DNA of 64,000 nucleotides, taken from Eubacteriales bacterium. GTDB lineage: Bacteria; Bacillota; Clostridia; Oscillospirales; CAG-272. Of the stretch, positions 45,677 through 57,242 are shown in pieces (within the stretch, counting starts at the first letter, position 1; the number at the start of each line of letters is the position of its first letter). Below the pieces are notes generated by a model. It saw nothing but the letters and a program-made list of their open reading frames with translations, searched no databases and was not told the origin of the DNA. Location: positions 19,857 to 83,856 of the forward strand of contig JAZRTK010000010.1 in NCBI GenBank assembly GCA_045651985.1, given 5' to 3'. Made by a program: the position numbers and the translations under genes.

Positions 45677-46825
45677 TTATCTGTTTTCGCTGTTTTTGTA
45701 GTAAGCCACCGCGATGTCAACGACCAGCCCGTAGCTTACAGACCCTTCCGTGCCGTTGAGCTTTAGATAGGTGTCGTTTACCTTGTCGGTGACATCGCTT
45801 GCCACCGAGTCGCGGTATTTGTTGAAGAAATCGCTGTATGCGGCAAATTCACGGCGCACCGTGTTGTCAATCTTACGGTAGACCTCGGTGTACATTTTGC
45901 TGTCGGCGCGGTAGAGGGCGCTGAGTACGTATTCGAGCATGCTCGTGTAGCCGCTGTAACGAATGTAGGGGTCGTCCGATTCAAGGCATACAAGAAACGC
46001 TACAAAATTTGCCTCGTCCTCGGGCGCGATACCTCGCTGGTGTGCCATTTCGTGCGCCGCCGTGTAGGCGATAGTGTAGTCGGGGAAGGCAACGTTTATG
46101 TTCGCCTCGCCCGTAAAATACGAGTAAACTCCCGTGATGTGAGTGTAAGACCAGGGCTCACTTAAAATGACGGGCTTTAGGTTGCTGGTCAGAGGAGTGA
46201 TGAAGTCGTACTTTTTGTATGCTGACTCGTAAGCTTGGCAGAGCTTGCCGCTCAATTCTCCGATGTTGTAAGGCATTACCGAAAATCCCGATTTGCGGAA
46301 GGAGATATCCTGCGCTGCCTCGTTAGTCTTTTCAATAAGAATTTCTGCGGTCTCCCTAAGCTCCTGCGCACTGACCTCAACGGGCTCGATACCAAGCTTG
46401 TCCTCAAGCGGCGAGCCGTTGTAGCCAACGCCATAGCCCCAGAAGAAGATCGTGTAAAAAAGTGAGAGCAGGGACAGTGCTGTGAGCATGAAAATTATCA
46501 GATGACGTGTGGTGTCCGAATATTTTCTGACAGAATATACGCACAGCGCAACAAAAATTATGGGCAATCCGATAATAAGCATTTCCGCAAATGAAAACGG
46601 AATGAGATTGGTTGCGTGGGCAAGCAAAGATCTCACCCAACGGCTCACGTTAATATTGATAAAATCAGCCAACGGCTGAGAAAACGCCGTAATGGCGTGT
46701 ATTGCCGCTGTAACAGCAGCGATGACGTATAAAACTATCGAAAATTTCGGCAGCTTGTACTTTGGCTCTTCCATCCGGTCAAGGGTGAGAAGCTCCGAAA
46801 GTTCACTGTTCATATTTGAATCCAA
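45677..46825 (-). CDS. DUF3810-like membrane protein with an HExxH motif
   Basis: 382 aa with N-terminal TM segments and AHEMAHQRG. The family name is recalled from memory. Confidence 0.55.
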   Translation of the reverse strand: MDSNMNSELSELLTLDRMEEPKYKLPKFSIVLYVIAAVTAAIHAITAFSQPLADFININVSRWVRSLLAHATNLIPFSFAEMLIIGLPIIFVALCVYSVRKYSDTTRHLIIFMLTALSLLSLFYTIFFWGYGVGYNGSPLEDKLGIEPVEVSAQELRETAEILIEKTNEAAQDISFRKSGFSVMPYNIGELSGKLCQAYESAYKKYDFITPLTSNLKPVILSEPWSYTHITGVYSYFTGEANINVAFPDYTIAYTAAHEMAHQRGIAPEDEANFVAFLVCLESDDPYIRYSGYTSMLEYVLSALYRADSKMYTEVYRKIDNTVRREFAAYSDFFNKYRDSVASDVTDKVNDTYLKLNGTEGSVSYGLVVDIAVAYYKNSENR

Positions 46826-47708
46826 GTTTTAACAAAGCCTCCTTAAAATCGTCGGGCAGAGGTGCCCGAACGTGTCTTTCCTCGCCTGAATTGGGGCAGG
46901 GAAAGGTGAGTGAATAAGCGTGAAGCGCTTGACGTCCGATCATGTCCGACTCACGCCCGTATAGGTCGTCACCTAAAATCGGACAACCCAAGTGCGCGAA
47001 ATGGAGCCTTAGCTGGTGTGTTCTTCCCGTTATTGGAGACGCTGACACGAGCGCATGACCGTTTGCAACTTCTATGACCTCGTATTCGGTCAGCGCAAGG
47101 TCCGCGTTGGGACTTTTTTCGCATACCTCGCGGTAGATCAAGCTCTCTTGGCGGCGGCGAATGTAAGTTTCAACCCTTCCGCTTTTTTCTGCGGGGACAC
47201 CTTCAAGTATCGCCAAATATTTTTTAAGTACAGACCCGCTTTGCAGACTTTTTGAAAGGGACGCGGCGGAAACTCGGTCCTTTGCCACAAGGACTACTCC
47301 GCTTGTGTTTCTGTCAAGCCTGTTCACGGAGCGGAAAACAAATGGCTCGCCGTCCTTTTGCATATAGTGGCAGAGCGCGTTGGCTAAAGTATCGCCGTAA
47401 TGCCCGTGAGAGGGATGGGTCGGCATGAATGGCGGTTTGTTTGAAGCGATAAGCGATTGGTCTTCAAAAAGGATTTCAATGGGCAGGTCAGTGGGAACTA
47501 TGTTTTTGCTTGATTGCCCGTCCGAGATATTAAGGCGAAGCACTTCGCCCTCACACAGAACGTGACGCACGGTGACGTGCCGACCGTCCACGGTTATACC
47601 GTCGGGCTTTTTCTTTAGTGCCGTGACGGTTCTTGCCGAAATTTTCAACTCTGAAAGCAGGGTTTTGACAGTCCTGCCGTTAAATTCCTTGCCGCAAATT
47701 ATCTCCAT
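46803..47708 (-). CDS. RluA-family pseudouridine synthase
   Basis: 301 aa. An S4-like N-terminus is followed by VNRLDRNTSGVVLVAKD (catalytic Asp) and GRTHQLRLH. Confidence 0.85.
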   Translation of the reverse strand: MEIICGKEFNGRTVKTLLSELKISARTVTALKKKPDGITVDGRHVTVRHVLCEGEVLRLNISDGQSSKNIVPTDLPIEILFEDQSLIASNKPPFMPTHPSHGHYGDTLANALCHYMQKDGEPFVFRSVNRLDRNTSGVVLVAKDRVSAASLSKSLQSGSVLKKYLAILEGVPAEKSGRVETYIRRRQESLIYREVCEKSPNADLALTEYEVIEVANGHALVSASPITGRTHQLRLHFAHLGCPILGDDLYGRESDMIGRQALHAYSLTFPCPNSGEERHVRAPLPDDFKEALLKLGFKYEQ

Positions 47709-47940
47709 GTCAACCTCGCCATATATTCATATTATTTTACCACAAAAAAGAGAAATTAGCAAGTAGTATTTAACTTAAATGAAGATAATAATAATTCAAT
47801 CTCTTGTATGCACAAAAAAAGCAGCACTTATTTGTGCATACTGCCAATATGTGGCGGAAATTTAAAAAAACATCTTGAAATCGGGACGGAAAAAGTGTAT
47901 CATATATACAGCGAAATTTATTTGAAAGGAATATTGTATT

Positions 47941-48909
47941 ATGAAACTTAGTGTTTTAGCTAATCTTTACGGCGCAAAGACTCTGGACGAGACCTTGAAG
48001 ATCCTCTCAGGCCTTGGCGTACATACAGCCGAGATCGGCGCGGGCGGATATCCCGGAAAGGCTCATTGCAATCCTGCGGAGCTTCTGGCTGATCAGGCGA
48101 AGTACGACGAGTTCGTAGCGACCTTCAAGAAGTATGACGTTGAGATCTGCGCTCTTGCATGTCACGGAAACCCCCTTCACCCCAAGAAGGACGTGGCTAA
48201 AATGTACGATGAGGACTTCCGCAATGCAATTCTGCTTGCAGAGAAGTTGGGTGTTGATACGGTTATCGGATTTTCCGGCTGTCCCGGCGACTCCGATGCT
48301 TCCACTAACCCCAACTGGGTAACCTGCGCATGGCCTCCGGATTACATTGAGATCCTTGATTGGCAGTGGAACGAAAAGCTCATTCCTTACTGGAAGGAAA
48401 TGGGCAAGTTCGCCCTTGATCATAAGGTGACTCACATCGCATTCGAGATGCACCCCGGTTTCTGTGTTTATAACCCCGAGACGCTTCTTAAGCTCCGTGC
48501 GGCAGTGGGTGACGTTATCGGCGCAAACTTTGACCCCTCCCACCTTATCTGGCAAGGAATGGACCCCGTTGCGGCTATCCGTGAGCTGAAGGGCGCGATC
48601 TACCACGTTCACGCAAAGGATACCAAGATCGACAAGTACAACACCGCAAAGAACGGCGTTCTCGATACAAAGCACTACGGCGACGAGCTGAACCGCGCAT
48701 GGGTGTTCAGAACCGTTGGCTACGGTAACAACGAGACTTACTGGAGAGACCTTGTAAGTAACCTCCGCCTTTGCGGCTATGACAAGGTGCTCAGCATCGA
48801 GCACGAGGATAGTGTTATGACTATCGACGAGGGACTGCGTAAGGCAGTTAACTTCCTCAACGATATTATCATCGTAGAGGAAAAGCCCACCACGATGAGC
48901 TGGGCATAA
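47941..48909 (+). CDS. sugar-phosphate isomerase/epimerase (xylose-isomerase-like TIM barrel)
   Basis: 322 aa. IAFEMHPG...HVHAKD...LSIEHED are metal-ligand-type blocks. Confidence 0.75.
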   Translation: MKLSVLANLYGAKTLDETLKILSGLGVHTAEIGAGGYPGKAHCNPAELLADQAKYDEFVATFKKYDVEICALACHGNPLHPKKDVAKMYDEDFRNAILLAEKLGVDTVIGFSGCPGDSDASTNPNWVTCAWPPDYIEILDWQWNEKLIPYWKEMGKFALDHKVTHIAFEMHPGFCVYNPETLLKLRAAVGDVIGANFDPSHLIWQGMDPVAAIRELKGAIYHVHAKDTKIDKYNTAKNGVLDTKHYGDELNRAWVFRTVGYGNNETYWRDLVSNLRLCGYDKVLSIEHEDSVMTIDEGLRKAVNFLNDIIIVEEKPTTMSWA

Positions 48910-48921
48910 TTTGAAAAACTG

Positions 48922-48955
48922 ACCGCCCCGACACCGTCGGGGCGGTTTCCTATTT
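48922..48955. terminator. bidirectional terminator
   Basis: An 11-bp stem ACCGCCCCGAC/GTCGGGGCGGT. Confidence 0.8.
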
Positions 48956-50254
48956 TAGCTCACTCCTGATTTCTTTTCGCATCAAAAACAGAACGCACAG
49001 ATTTATAAGTGCCATAAGCCCTAAAGCAAGGTCGGAGATCTGCCAGACAAAGCGCCCTACGTTGAAGCCGCCTGCAAAGGTGCAGATGAGAAATGCCGCC
49101 CGAAAGCAAGCGTGCGCGGTCTTGTTTTTTGTCACATAAGACAGGCTCTCCGAGCCGTAAAACCCCCAGCAGATGACGGTGGCAAATGCGAAGAAAAAGA
49201 GTGCCAAGGACAGTGCGATCCCCGCGCCGCGACCAAGCACGGCACAAAATGCTGAATTGACCAGTGCGGCTTCGCTTTCCGCAAACCCCGCAAGACTTTC
49301 TCCATTGAAGACGAGCCCTATGGAGAGGGCTGTGAGAGTGCAGAGCAAGATGGTGTCGATAAAGACCTCCACCGCGCCCAAAAGTCCTTGATCAAAGGGG
49401 CTTTGAGCGTCGGCGGTGCTGTGCGCCGTGGGCGCGGTTCCGCACCCCGCTTCGTTCGAGATAAGGCCGCGCACTGCACCGTACCGTACGGCTTTGGCAA
49501 AGGTAAATCCCGCCACTCCCGCACCGCTGCTTTTTAGAGAAAAAGCCCCCTTAAATATCTCGGAAAAAACGCTTCCAAGCTGTCCACGACCGAGCCAGAT
49601 GACCGCCAGACACATGACCGTATAGAGCAGAGTCATAAGCGGGATTATCACCCGCGTAAGTGGTGAAATGTCACGCTTCCCAAGCAAAATAACTACACCT
49701 GCGGCAGCGGAAATAAGAGCTGCTATGGGGAGTGCGGGAAACCCCGAAATTTCGCTGAACGCAAAGCCCGCCGCATTTGTCTGAAGCATACTTCCCATTG
49801 AAAGGGCGCTCAGAACGCAGAGCAGGGAAAAGAGCGCGGGGATAACACGCGCCAGGAACGGATGCCCCTTTTCCGAAAAGAAATCTTCCATGTAGTATTG
49901 CGCGCCGCCGTAAAACTCCGTGCCGTTTCGCCGTCTGTGACGTATGCCAAGCAGAATTTCGGCGAATTTCAGCACCATGGCGGCGAGGGCGCAGACCCAC
50001 ATCCAGAACACCGACCCAAGTCCGCCCAAAAGCAGGGCGCCCGCAACTCCCGTAATGTTTCCAACGCCCAACGTTCCCGCCAACGCCACCGACAGCGCCG
50101 ACATGGGACTGACCGCCCCCACCCTGCTTCTTTTTTGCTTTCTTTTCTTTCTGAAGATGCAAAATCGCAAATAAAAGAGGAAAAACACCCCCATAGAGAT
50201 CAAAAGCGCGGGCAAAGCCGTGCCCGTCACGTATTTGCAGAGAAATTCAAGCAT
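48950..50254 (-). CDS. alanine/glycine:cation symporter (AGCS) family transporter
   Basis: 434 aa from ATG 50254. It is polytopic, with LGVGNITGVAGAL and GLISNEAGCGTAP blocks. Confidence 0.75.
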   Translation of the reverse strand: MLEFLCKYVTGTALPALLISMGVFFLFYLRFCIFRKKRKQKRSRVGAVSPMSALSVALAGTLGVGNITGVAGALLLGGLGSVFWMWVCALAAMVLKFAEILLGIRHRRRNGTEFYGGAQYYMEDFFSEKGHPFLARVIPALFSLLCVLSALSMGSMLQTNAAGFAFSEISGFPALPIAALISAAAGVVILLGKRDISPLTRVIIPLMTLLYTVMCLAVIWLGRGQLGSVFSEIFKGAFSLKSSGAGVAGFTFAKAVRYGAVRGLISNEAGCGTAPTAHSTADAQSPFDQGLLGAVEVFIDTILLCTLTALSIGLVFNGESLAGFAESEAALVNSAFCAVLGRGAGIALSLALFFFAFATVICWGFYGSESLSYVTKNKTAHACFRAAFLICTFAGGFNVGRFVWQISDLALGLMALINLCVLFLMRKEIRSELK

Positions 50255-50396
50255 TTTTATACCTCGAAAATAAGGGAATTTTACTGAAGTATACTTGAGG
50301 ACCCCTGCATTTATGACAAATTCCGCTTTTAGCAGACGAGTTTTGGGTCTGTTAGAAGACAAAATGTGAATTATATGTTAATTATGAGAAAAACAC

Positions 50397-50424
50397 TTGA
50401 TTTTTCCTTATTTTGGTGTAGAAT
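50397..50424 (+). promoter_or_regulatory. groESL promoter
   Basis: TTGATT (50397-50402), a 16-nt spacer, then TGtTAGAAT (-10 at 50419-50424). Confidence 0.55.
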
Positions 50425-50436
50425 ATGTTTTGGAAG

Positions 50437-50463
50437 TTGGCAGTCGCGCGTTGCGAGTGCTAA
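50437..50463 (+). promoter_or_regulatory. CIRCE (HrcA operator) inverted repeat
   Basis: TTGGCAGTC-N9-GAGTGCTAA versus the consensus TTAGCACTC-N9-GAGTGCTAA. The left arm has 2 mismatches. It sits between the promoter and groES. Confidence 0.75.
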
Positions 50464-50518
50464 AAAACAAGAAATATCGGAAATCAAGTCGATTTTCGTT
50501 TTTAGGAGGTTTTATAAT

Positions 50519-52452
<1,934 letters not shown>

Positions 52453-52469
52453 TAAAGTCAGAAAAGAAG

Positions 52470-52501
52470 ACCCCGACGGCTTTTTGCTGTCGGGGTTTTT
52501 G
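52470..52501 (+). terminator. rho-independent terminator after groEL
   Basis: CCCCGACGGC-TTTTT-GCTGTCGGGG followed by TTTTT. Confidence 0.8.
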
Positions 52502-52626
52502 ATTTTCTTCTTGAAATTTGTTTTTTTGCTTGCAAGAGCAACAAATAAGGAAAAATGTTGTCGAAACTGCACAAAAACGAGATAAAAATTTTTATGTTCG
52601 GTGGCACTTAAATACAAAAAAACCTC

Positions 52627-52655
52627 TTGAAAAATGAAAAAAAACCATGTATAAT
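52627..52655 (+). promoter_or_regulatory. promoter of the EF-G2 gene
   Basis: TTGAAA (52627-52632), a 17-nt spacer, then TGTATAAT (-10 at 52650-52655). This leaves a ~90-nt 5' UTR. Confidence 0.6.
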
Positions 52656-52748
52656 AAAAAAGAACTCGGCAAAATACAGACCGAGAAGTCAATACTACAG
52701 GAAGGAATTGTTTTTCGTTACCCCCGAATTACACTATGGTGACACAAA

Positions 52749-54809
52749 ATGGCTACTATCGAAACCAAAAAGATCAGAAATATCGCGTTGCTGGGACACG
52801 GAAGTTCCGGTAAGACGTCGCTGGCGGAGGCTATGATCTACGCTTGCGGCGCGTCAGACAGAATGGGAAAGACTCCCGACGGAAATACTGTCTGCGACTA
52901 TGACGACGAAGAGATCACGCGCGGTTATTCAATAAATGCCGCCGTTGCCAACGTTATGTGGGACGGCGTTAAAGTAAACATTATAGATGCTCCCGGTTAT
53001 CTGGGCTTTGTAGGCGAGGAAATGGAGGCTATCCGTGTTGCGGACAGCGGAATTATCGTAGTTGACGCAAAGAGCGGCATTGAGGTCGGCACCGAACTTG
53101 CATGGGAATATGCAACGGGCGCAGGTATCCCCAAGGCGTTCTTTATTACAAAGTGCGATGATCCGGATGCCGATTTTGGTAAATTGTTTGGCGAGCTTCA
53201 CGAGGAATTCGGCCACGCTCTGTGTCCCGTATTTATACCCGTAAAGTTTGCTGACGACATGGCAATGGTTGACCTGATGGATATGAAGGCGTTTACATAC
53301 GACGCGCTGGGCCGTAAGGTAGAGATACCCATGAAGGACGAATACGTTCAGTTGACCGAGGAATATAAGGAAGCGTTCAACGAGGCTATTGCCCAAACTG
53401 ACGAGGCGCTTCTTGAAAAATACTTCGGCGGCGAGGAGATCACTCACGACGAGGCGGTTGAAGCGCTTCACCAGGGTATTATCAACGGCACTATCGTCCC
53501 CGTTTACTGCGGCGCATCCTCCAAGATGTGGGGCGTAAGAAGCCTGCTTGACGCTATCAACGCATCCTTCCCCCGCCACACCGCAAAGCATACCGAAAAG
53601 GATACGGCGGGCGAGCCCGTTGCCATTGATCCCGAAGGAAAGACCTCTATTTTCGTATTCAAGACGGTTGTTGACCCGTTCGTTGGAAAGATGTCCTTCT
53701 TCAAGGTAATGAACGGTACTCTCAAGACCGATATGGTATTAAAGAACGCAAGAACAGGTGCTTCGGAAAAGGCATCCAAGATCTATACTCTTGTGGGAAA
53801 GAAGCAGAACGTGGTTTCCGAGCTGGCTTGCGGAGATATCGGTATGCTCGCAAAGCTGTCGAACACGGCGACAAACGATACGCTCAATCTTGAGGGCTCG
53901 GTTCAATACGCTCCCGTTAAATTCCCCGTTCCCAATATGTCCATGGCTATCGTTCCCAACGCAAAGGGCGACGAGGATAAGATCTCCCAGGGTATCACCC
54001 GCCTGCTTGACGAGGACTTCACGGTTAAGTTCGAGAATAACGCAGAAACGAAGGAAATGCTTATCTACGGTATGGGCGACCTTCACCTTGACGTTATAGT
54101 TTCCAAGCTGAAGAACCGCTTCGGAACCTCCGTCAAGCTGAATACCCCCAAAATTCCCTACCGTGAGACTATCACAAAGCCGGTTGACGTTGAAGGTAAG
54201 TATAAGAAGCAGACAGGCGGTCACGGACAGTACGGTCACGTTAAGATCCGCTTTGCTCCCGGCGAGGGCGACGGTCTGACATTTACAGAGTCCACCGTTG
54301 GCGGTTCCGTTCCCAAGAATTTCCACCCCGCAGTTGAAAAGGGTCTTCTTGAGGCCATGACGAGCGGTGTATCGGGATATCCTGTAGTAGGTATCGCGGC
54401 TGACCTTTACGATGGCTCTTACCACGACGTAGACAGCTCGGAAATGTCTTTCAAGCTGGCGGCGGGTCTTGCTTTCAAGGAGGCTATGAAGACGGGTCGT
54501 CCCGTGCTTTTGGAGCCTGTCGGTAAGCTGCTCGTTACTGTTCCCGAGGACTTCGTGGGTGACGTTATGGGCGACCTTAACAAGAGACGCGGACGCGTTA
54601 TGGGTATGGAAGCTGCAGAGATCAAGGGCAAGACGGTCATCGAGGCTGAGGTTCCAAAGTCCGAGATGCTTGATTATACTATCGTTCTCCGTGCACTGAC
54701 ACAGGGTAGAGGATACTTCTCATTTGAGTTCATCAGATACGATGAGGTCCCCTCTGCAATAGCGCAGAAGCTCATCGACGCTTACAAGGCGGCAAACGGC
54801 GACAACTGA
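52749..54809 (+). CDS. elongation factor G paralogue (EF-G2 type translational GTPase)
   Basis: 686 aa. The G1 motif is GHGSSGKT, where canonical EF-G has AHIDAGKT. DAPGY and TKCD are present, and EF-G domains II-V are recognisable. Confidence 0.8.
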   Translation: MATIETKKIRNIALLGHGSSGKTSLAEAMIYACGASDRMGKTPDGNTVCDYDDEEITRGYSINAAVANVMWDGVKVNIIDAPGYLGFVGEEMEAIRVADSGIIVVDAKSGIEVGTELAWEYATGAGIPKAFFITKCDDPDADFGKLFGELHEEFGHALCPVFIPVKFADDMAMVDLMDMKAFTYDALGRKVEIPMKDEYVQLTEEYKEAFNEAIAQTDEALLEKYFGGEEITHDEAVEALHQGIINGTIVPVYCGASSKMWGVRSLLDAINASFPRHTAKHTEKDTAGEPVAIDPEGKTSIFVFKTVVDPFVGKMSFFKVMNGTLKTDMVLKNARTGASEKASKIYTLVGKKQNVVSELACGDIGMLAKLSNTATNDTLNLEGSVQYAPVKFPVPNMSMAIVPNAKGDEDKISQGITRLLDEDFTVKFENNAETKEMLIYGMGDLHLDVIVSKLKNRFGTSVKLNTPKIPYRETITKPVDVEGKYKKQTGGHGQYGHVKIRFAPGEGDGLTFTESTVGGSVPKNFHPAVEKGLLEAMTSGVSGYPVVGIAADLYDGSYHDVDSSEMSFKLAAGLAFKEAMKTGRPVLLEPVGKLLVTVPEDFVGDVMGDLNKRRGRVMGMEAAEIKGKTVIEAEVPKSEMLDYTIVLRALTQGRGYFSFEFIRYDEVPSAIAQKLIDAYKAANGDN

Positions 54810-54821
54810 TAAATAATAATT

Positions 54822-54856
54822 GCTCCGCTCGGCTTTGTCCGAGCGGAGCTTTGTTA
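54822..54856 (+). terminator. rho-independent terminator
   Basis: An 11-bp stem GCTCCGCTCGG/CCGAGCGGAGC followed by TTTGTT. Confidence 0.75.
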
Positions 54857-54909
54857 TTGTATTTTTATATTACCTTTTCTGTACCGTGGCGGTCATGCCG
54901 ACGGTGTTT

Positions 54910-55707
54910 TTATTTTGTGTTTTCTTCAAAGATGATTCCGTCGCACTTCGGCTTTGATTTTGCTATCTCGCCGTCGTTTCTCGGTGTCCACAGTAGCTTG
55001 CGGGCTCCAAGCATTACGCAAAGCTTGGCGGTGAGAGGGAATTTGTCCGAGAAATCGTAAGCCACGAAATCAACGCGGCACAAAAAATTCAAAAGCAGGT
55101 GCTTTAGGGCAAATCCGAGAGCTCCTTTTGTTTTTGTCAGATCAGCCGAAAGTATTCCGCGGGGGACGTCGGGACGGAGCTTTGCAAAGGAGCGGATAAG
55201 CAGGGGATTGAAGCTTTCGACGAGGATGTCGCCCTCATATGCTTCCAATTCCTCACAGACTTTGGGGCAAAGCGCGGTGTCTCCGCTTTCTCCTTTGAGT
55301 TCTATCAGGAGAGGCACCTTTCCGTCAACAAGCTCCAATACCTGCGAGAGCAGAGGGATCTTTTCCTCGGTCAGAGCAAGATTCAGCTCCTGAAGCTCTC
55401 CGTAGGTCATCTCGGAAACCTTTCCTTTTATGCCCGTCATTCTGTCGGTGGTGTAGTCGTGAAAGACGACAACACGCCCGTCGCGGCTCAGCTGAACGTC
55501 AAGTTCAATGCCGACGCCTGTTTGAACGGCTTTCCCAAACGCACAAAGCGAGTTTTCGGGCACGCCGTTTCCGTGAAGACCGCGGTGGGCGTAGTCGCGC
55601 AGATAAGGCTCCATTCTTTTCCTTGCTTCAAGGTTTGGCGCAATAGCAAAGATTGTCAGAAGAACCAGCGCGGCGGCGATGCCCACGGCAATATATACGG
55701 GAAACAT
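54910..55707 (-). CDS. glycerophosphodiester phosphodiesterase family protein (N-terminal TM)
   Basis: 265 aa. AHRGLHG...PENS...IELDV...HD are GDPD blocks. Confidence 0.8.
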   Translation of the reverse strand: MFPVYIAVGIAAALVLLTIFAIAPNLEARKRMEPYLRDYAHRGLHGNGVPENSLCAFGKAVQTGVGIELDVQLSRDGRVVVFHDYTTDRMTGIKGKVSEMTYGELQELNLALTEEKIPLLSQVLELVDGKVPLLIELKGESGDTALCPKVCEELEAYEGDILVESFNPLLIRSFAKLRPDVPRGILSADLTKTKGALGFALKHLLLNFLCRVDFVAYDFSDKFPLTAKLCVMLGARKLLWTPRNDGEIAKSKPKCDGIIFEENTK

Positions 55708-57242
55708 CAGTCGTTATCCCCCAAACTTTCAAGAACGCCCTTCGTGTCTTCAGGACGGCTGTCGCCGTGACGCACGAGAAGCATCGTGACAAATGCAAGT
55801 CCAACGCATACAGCCGAGTAGGGGAAGAGGACCTCCATGCCTAAGCTATCCATCAAAAAACCGCTGAAAACGGGTGTAAATGTTTGCGCCGCCATTGACG
55901 CGGTGTAGTAAAATCCGGTGTACTTTCCGACGTTTCCGCCGCGGGAAAGCTCAACGACCATGGGGAAGGAGTTTACGTTGATGGTTGCCCAGCCGATACC
56001 GCACATAACGAACAGAATATTCATGGCGATAGTGGGACTTGCGGCTGACATGAACCCTGCGATACCAAACGCAGCACCAAGCAGGATTACGCCCGCGAGA
56101 ATAGTTTTCTTGCGCCCGAACTTGGAGGCTACAATACCTGCGGGAAAGTAAGCTGCGATAGCCGCCGCCTGTGCTATTATCATTGTCAGATTGTAATCTT
56201 TTTCAAGAATTTTGGACGCGTAAATTGAGTACTTGCTGGTCACCGCGTTGTAGCCCAGATACCACAGCACCACGGAAGCCAATATCAAGAGAAGGGAAGC
56301 AAGCTCACCTCGCGAGAGAGGTCTGTTGCCGCCGTTGCCGTCCTCGGACTCGTCTATGCCGTTCTCCTCGCTGACTTTTTGCATATCTTCAACGAATTCG
56401 GGCTCACGTACCTTGCAGATGAAGATAACAAGAGAGATCAGCATGATAGCGCATACGATACCTACGTAAAGTGTGTAGTCCATAAGCTGATTTTCTATCT
56501 TCCCCGTGCCCACGACCATGCCCAGCACAAGCACCGCAACACCGCCCAATGAGCCCATGAGGTTAATTACCGCGTTGCCCTTTGAGCGCAGGGGCTTTGG
56601 GGTAACGTCGGGCATGAGAGCAACGGCGGGCGAACGAAAGGTTGCCATTGAAAGAAGTGCCGCCAGCAGTATCGCTATAAAGAGGATAAGAGGAGCGGGA
56701 TTCGATTCGGTTACGCTCCAAGCGTATGCCTCGCGGGCGGGGACAACGTAATTTTTATAGTTTTCGGTGCCGTTTTTTGCATCGTTCTCGGCAGTGAAGG
56801 ACAGCCATTCGTCCTTTTCAAAATCGGAAATTTCAAACTTTTCGCCGTTGGGGGCAGTCAACTCTCCACCGTCAAAATTGTAGAGCACCTCAAGTGTCTC
56901 GGGACTGTCAAAATCGGAGACGTCCTTAATGTTGCGAAGCTGCATGGTGTCTGCAAATGTCAGTGCAAGGAAAGAGATTATTGCAATTATCGTACCTATA
57001 ACGATAAACGGAGTTCGGCGTCCCTTTTTGCTCTTGCAGCGGTCGGAGATCGAGCCGAACAGCGGAAGCAGGAACAGGGCAAGCACGTTATCAAGCGCCA
57101 GAATGATGCCCGATAGTGTCTGGCTCATGCCGAATTTATTCGTCAAAATAATGGGAATAATATTGTCGTAAGCCTGCCAGAAGGCGCAGATGAGGAGAAA
57201 TGCAAACCCTACGTAGAGTGTTCGTTTGTAATTTAATTTCAT
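55707..57242 (-). CDS. MFS transporter with a ~100-aa hydrophilic insertion after TM3
   Basis: 511 aa with a 12-TM-type layout. Its stop overlaps the GDPD start (TGATG). Confidence 0.7.
   Translation of the reverse strand: MKLNYKRTLYVGFAFLLICAFWQAYDNIIPIILTNKFGMSQTLSGIILALDNVLALFLLPLFGSISDRCKSKKGRRTPFIVIGTIIAIISFLALTFADTMQLRNIKDVSDFDSPETLEVLYNFDGGELTAPNGEKFEISDFEKDEWLSFTAENDAKNGTENYKNYVVPAREAYAWSVTESNPAPLILFIAILLAALLSMATFRSPAVALMPDVTPKPLRSKGNAVINLMGSLGGVAVLVLGMVVGTGKIENQLMDYTLYVGIVCAIMLISLVIFICKVREPEFVEDMQKVSEENGIDESEDGNGGNRPLSRGELASLLLILASVVLWYLGYNAVTSKYSIYASKILEKDYNLTMIIAQAAAIAAYFPAGIVASKFGRKKTILAGVILLGAAFGIAGFMSAASPTIAMNILFVMCGIGWATINVNSFPMVVELSRGGNVGKYTGFYYTASMAAQTFTPVFSGFLMDSLGMEVLFPYSAVCVGLAFVTMLLVRHGDSRPEDTKGVLESLGDND

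Noticed and set aside
48007-48804. 265-aa ORF on the minus strand
   Set aside because: It is a shadow ORF opposite the sugar-phosphate isomerase gene.
50255-50396. Possible glycine riboswitch upstream of the AGCS symporter
   Set aside because: The minus-strand leader contains no GGAGAG...CACCG...GGGGCAA-type aptamer motifs.
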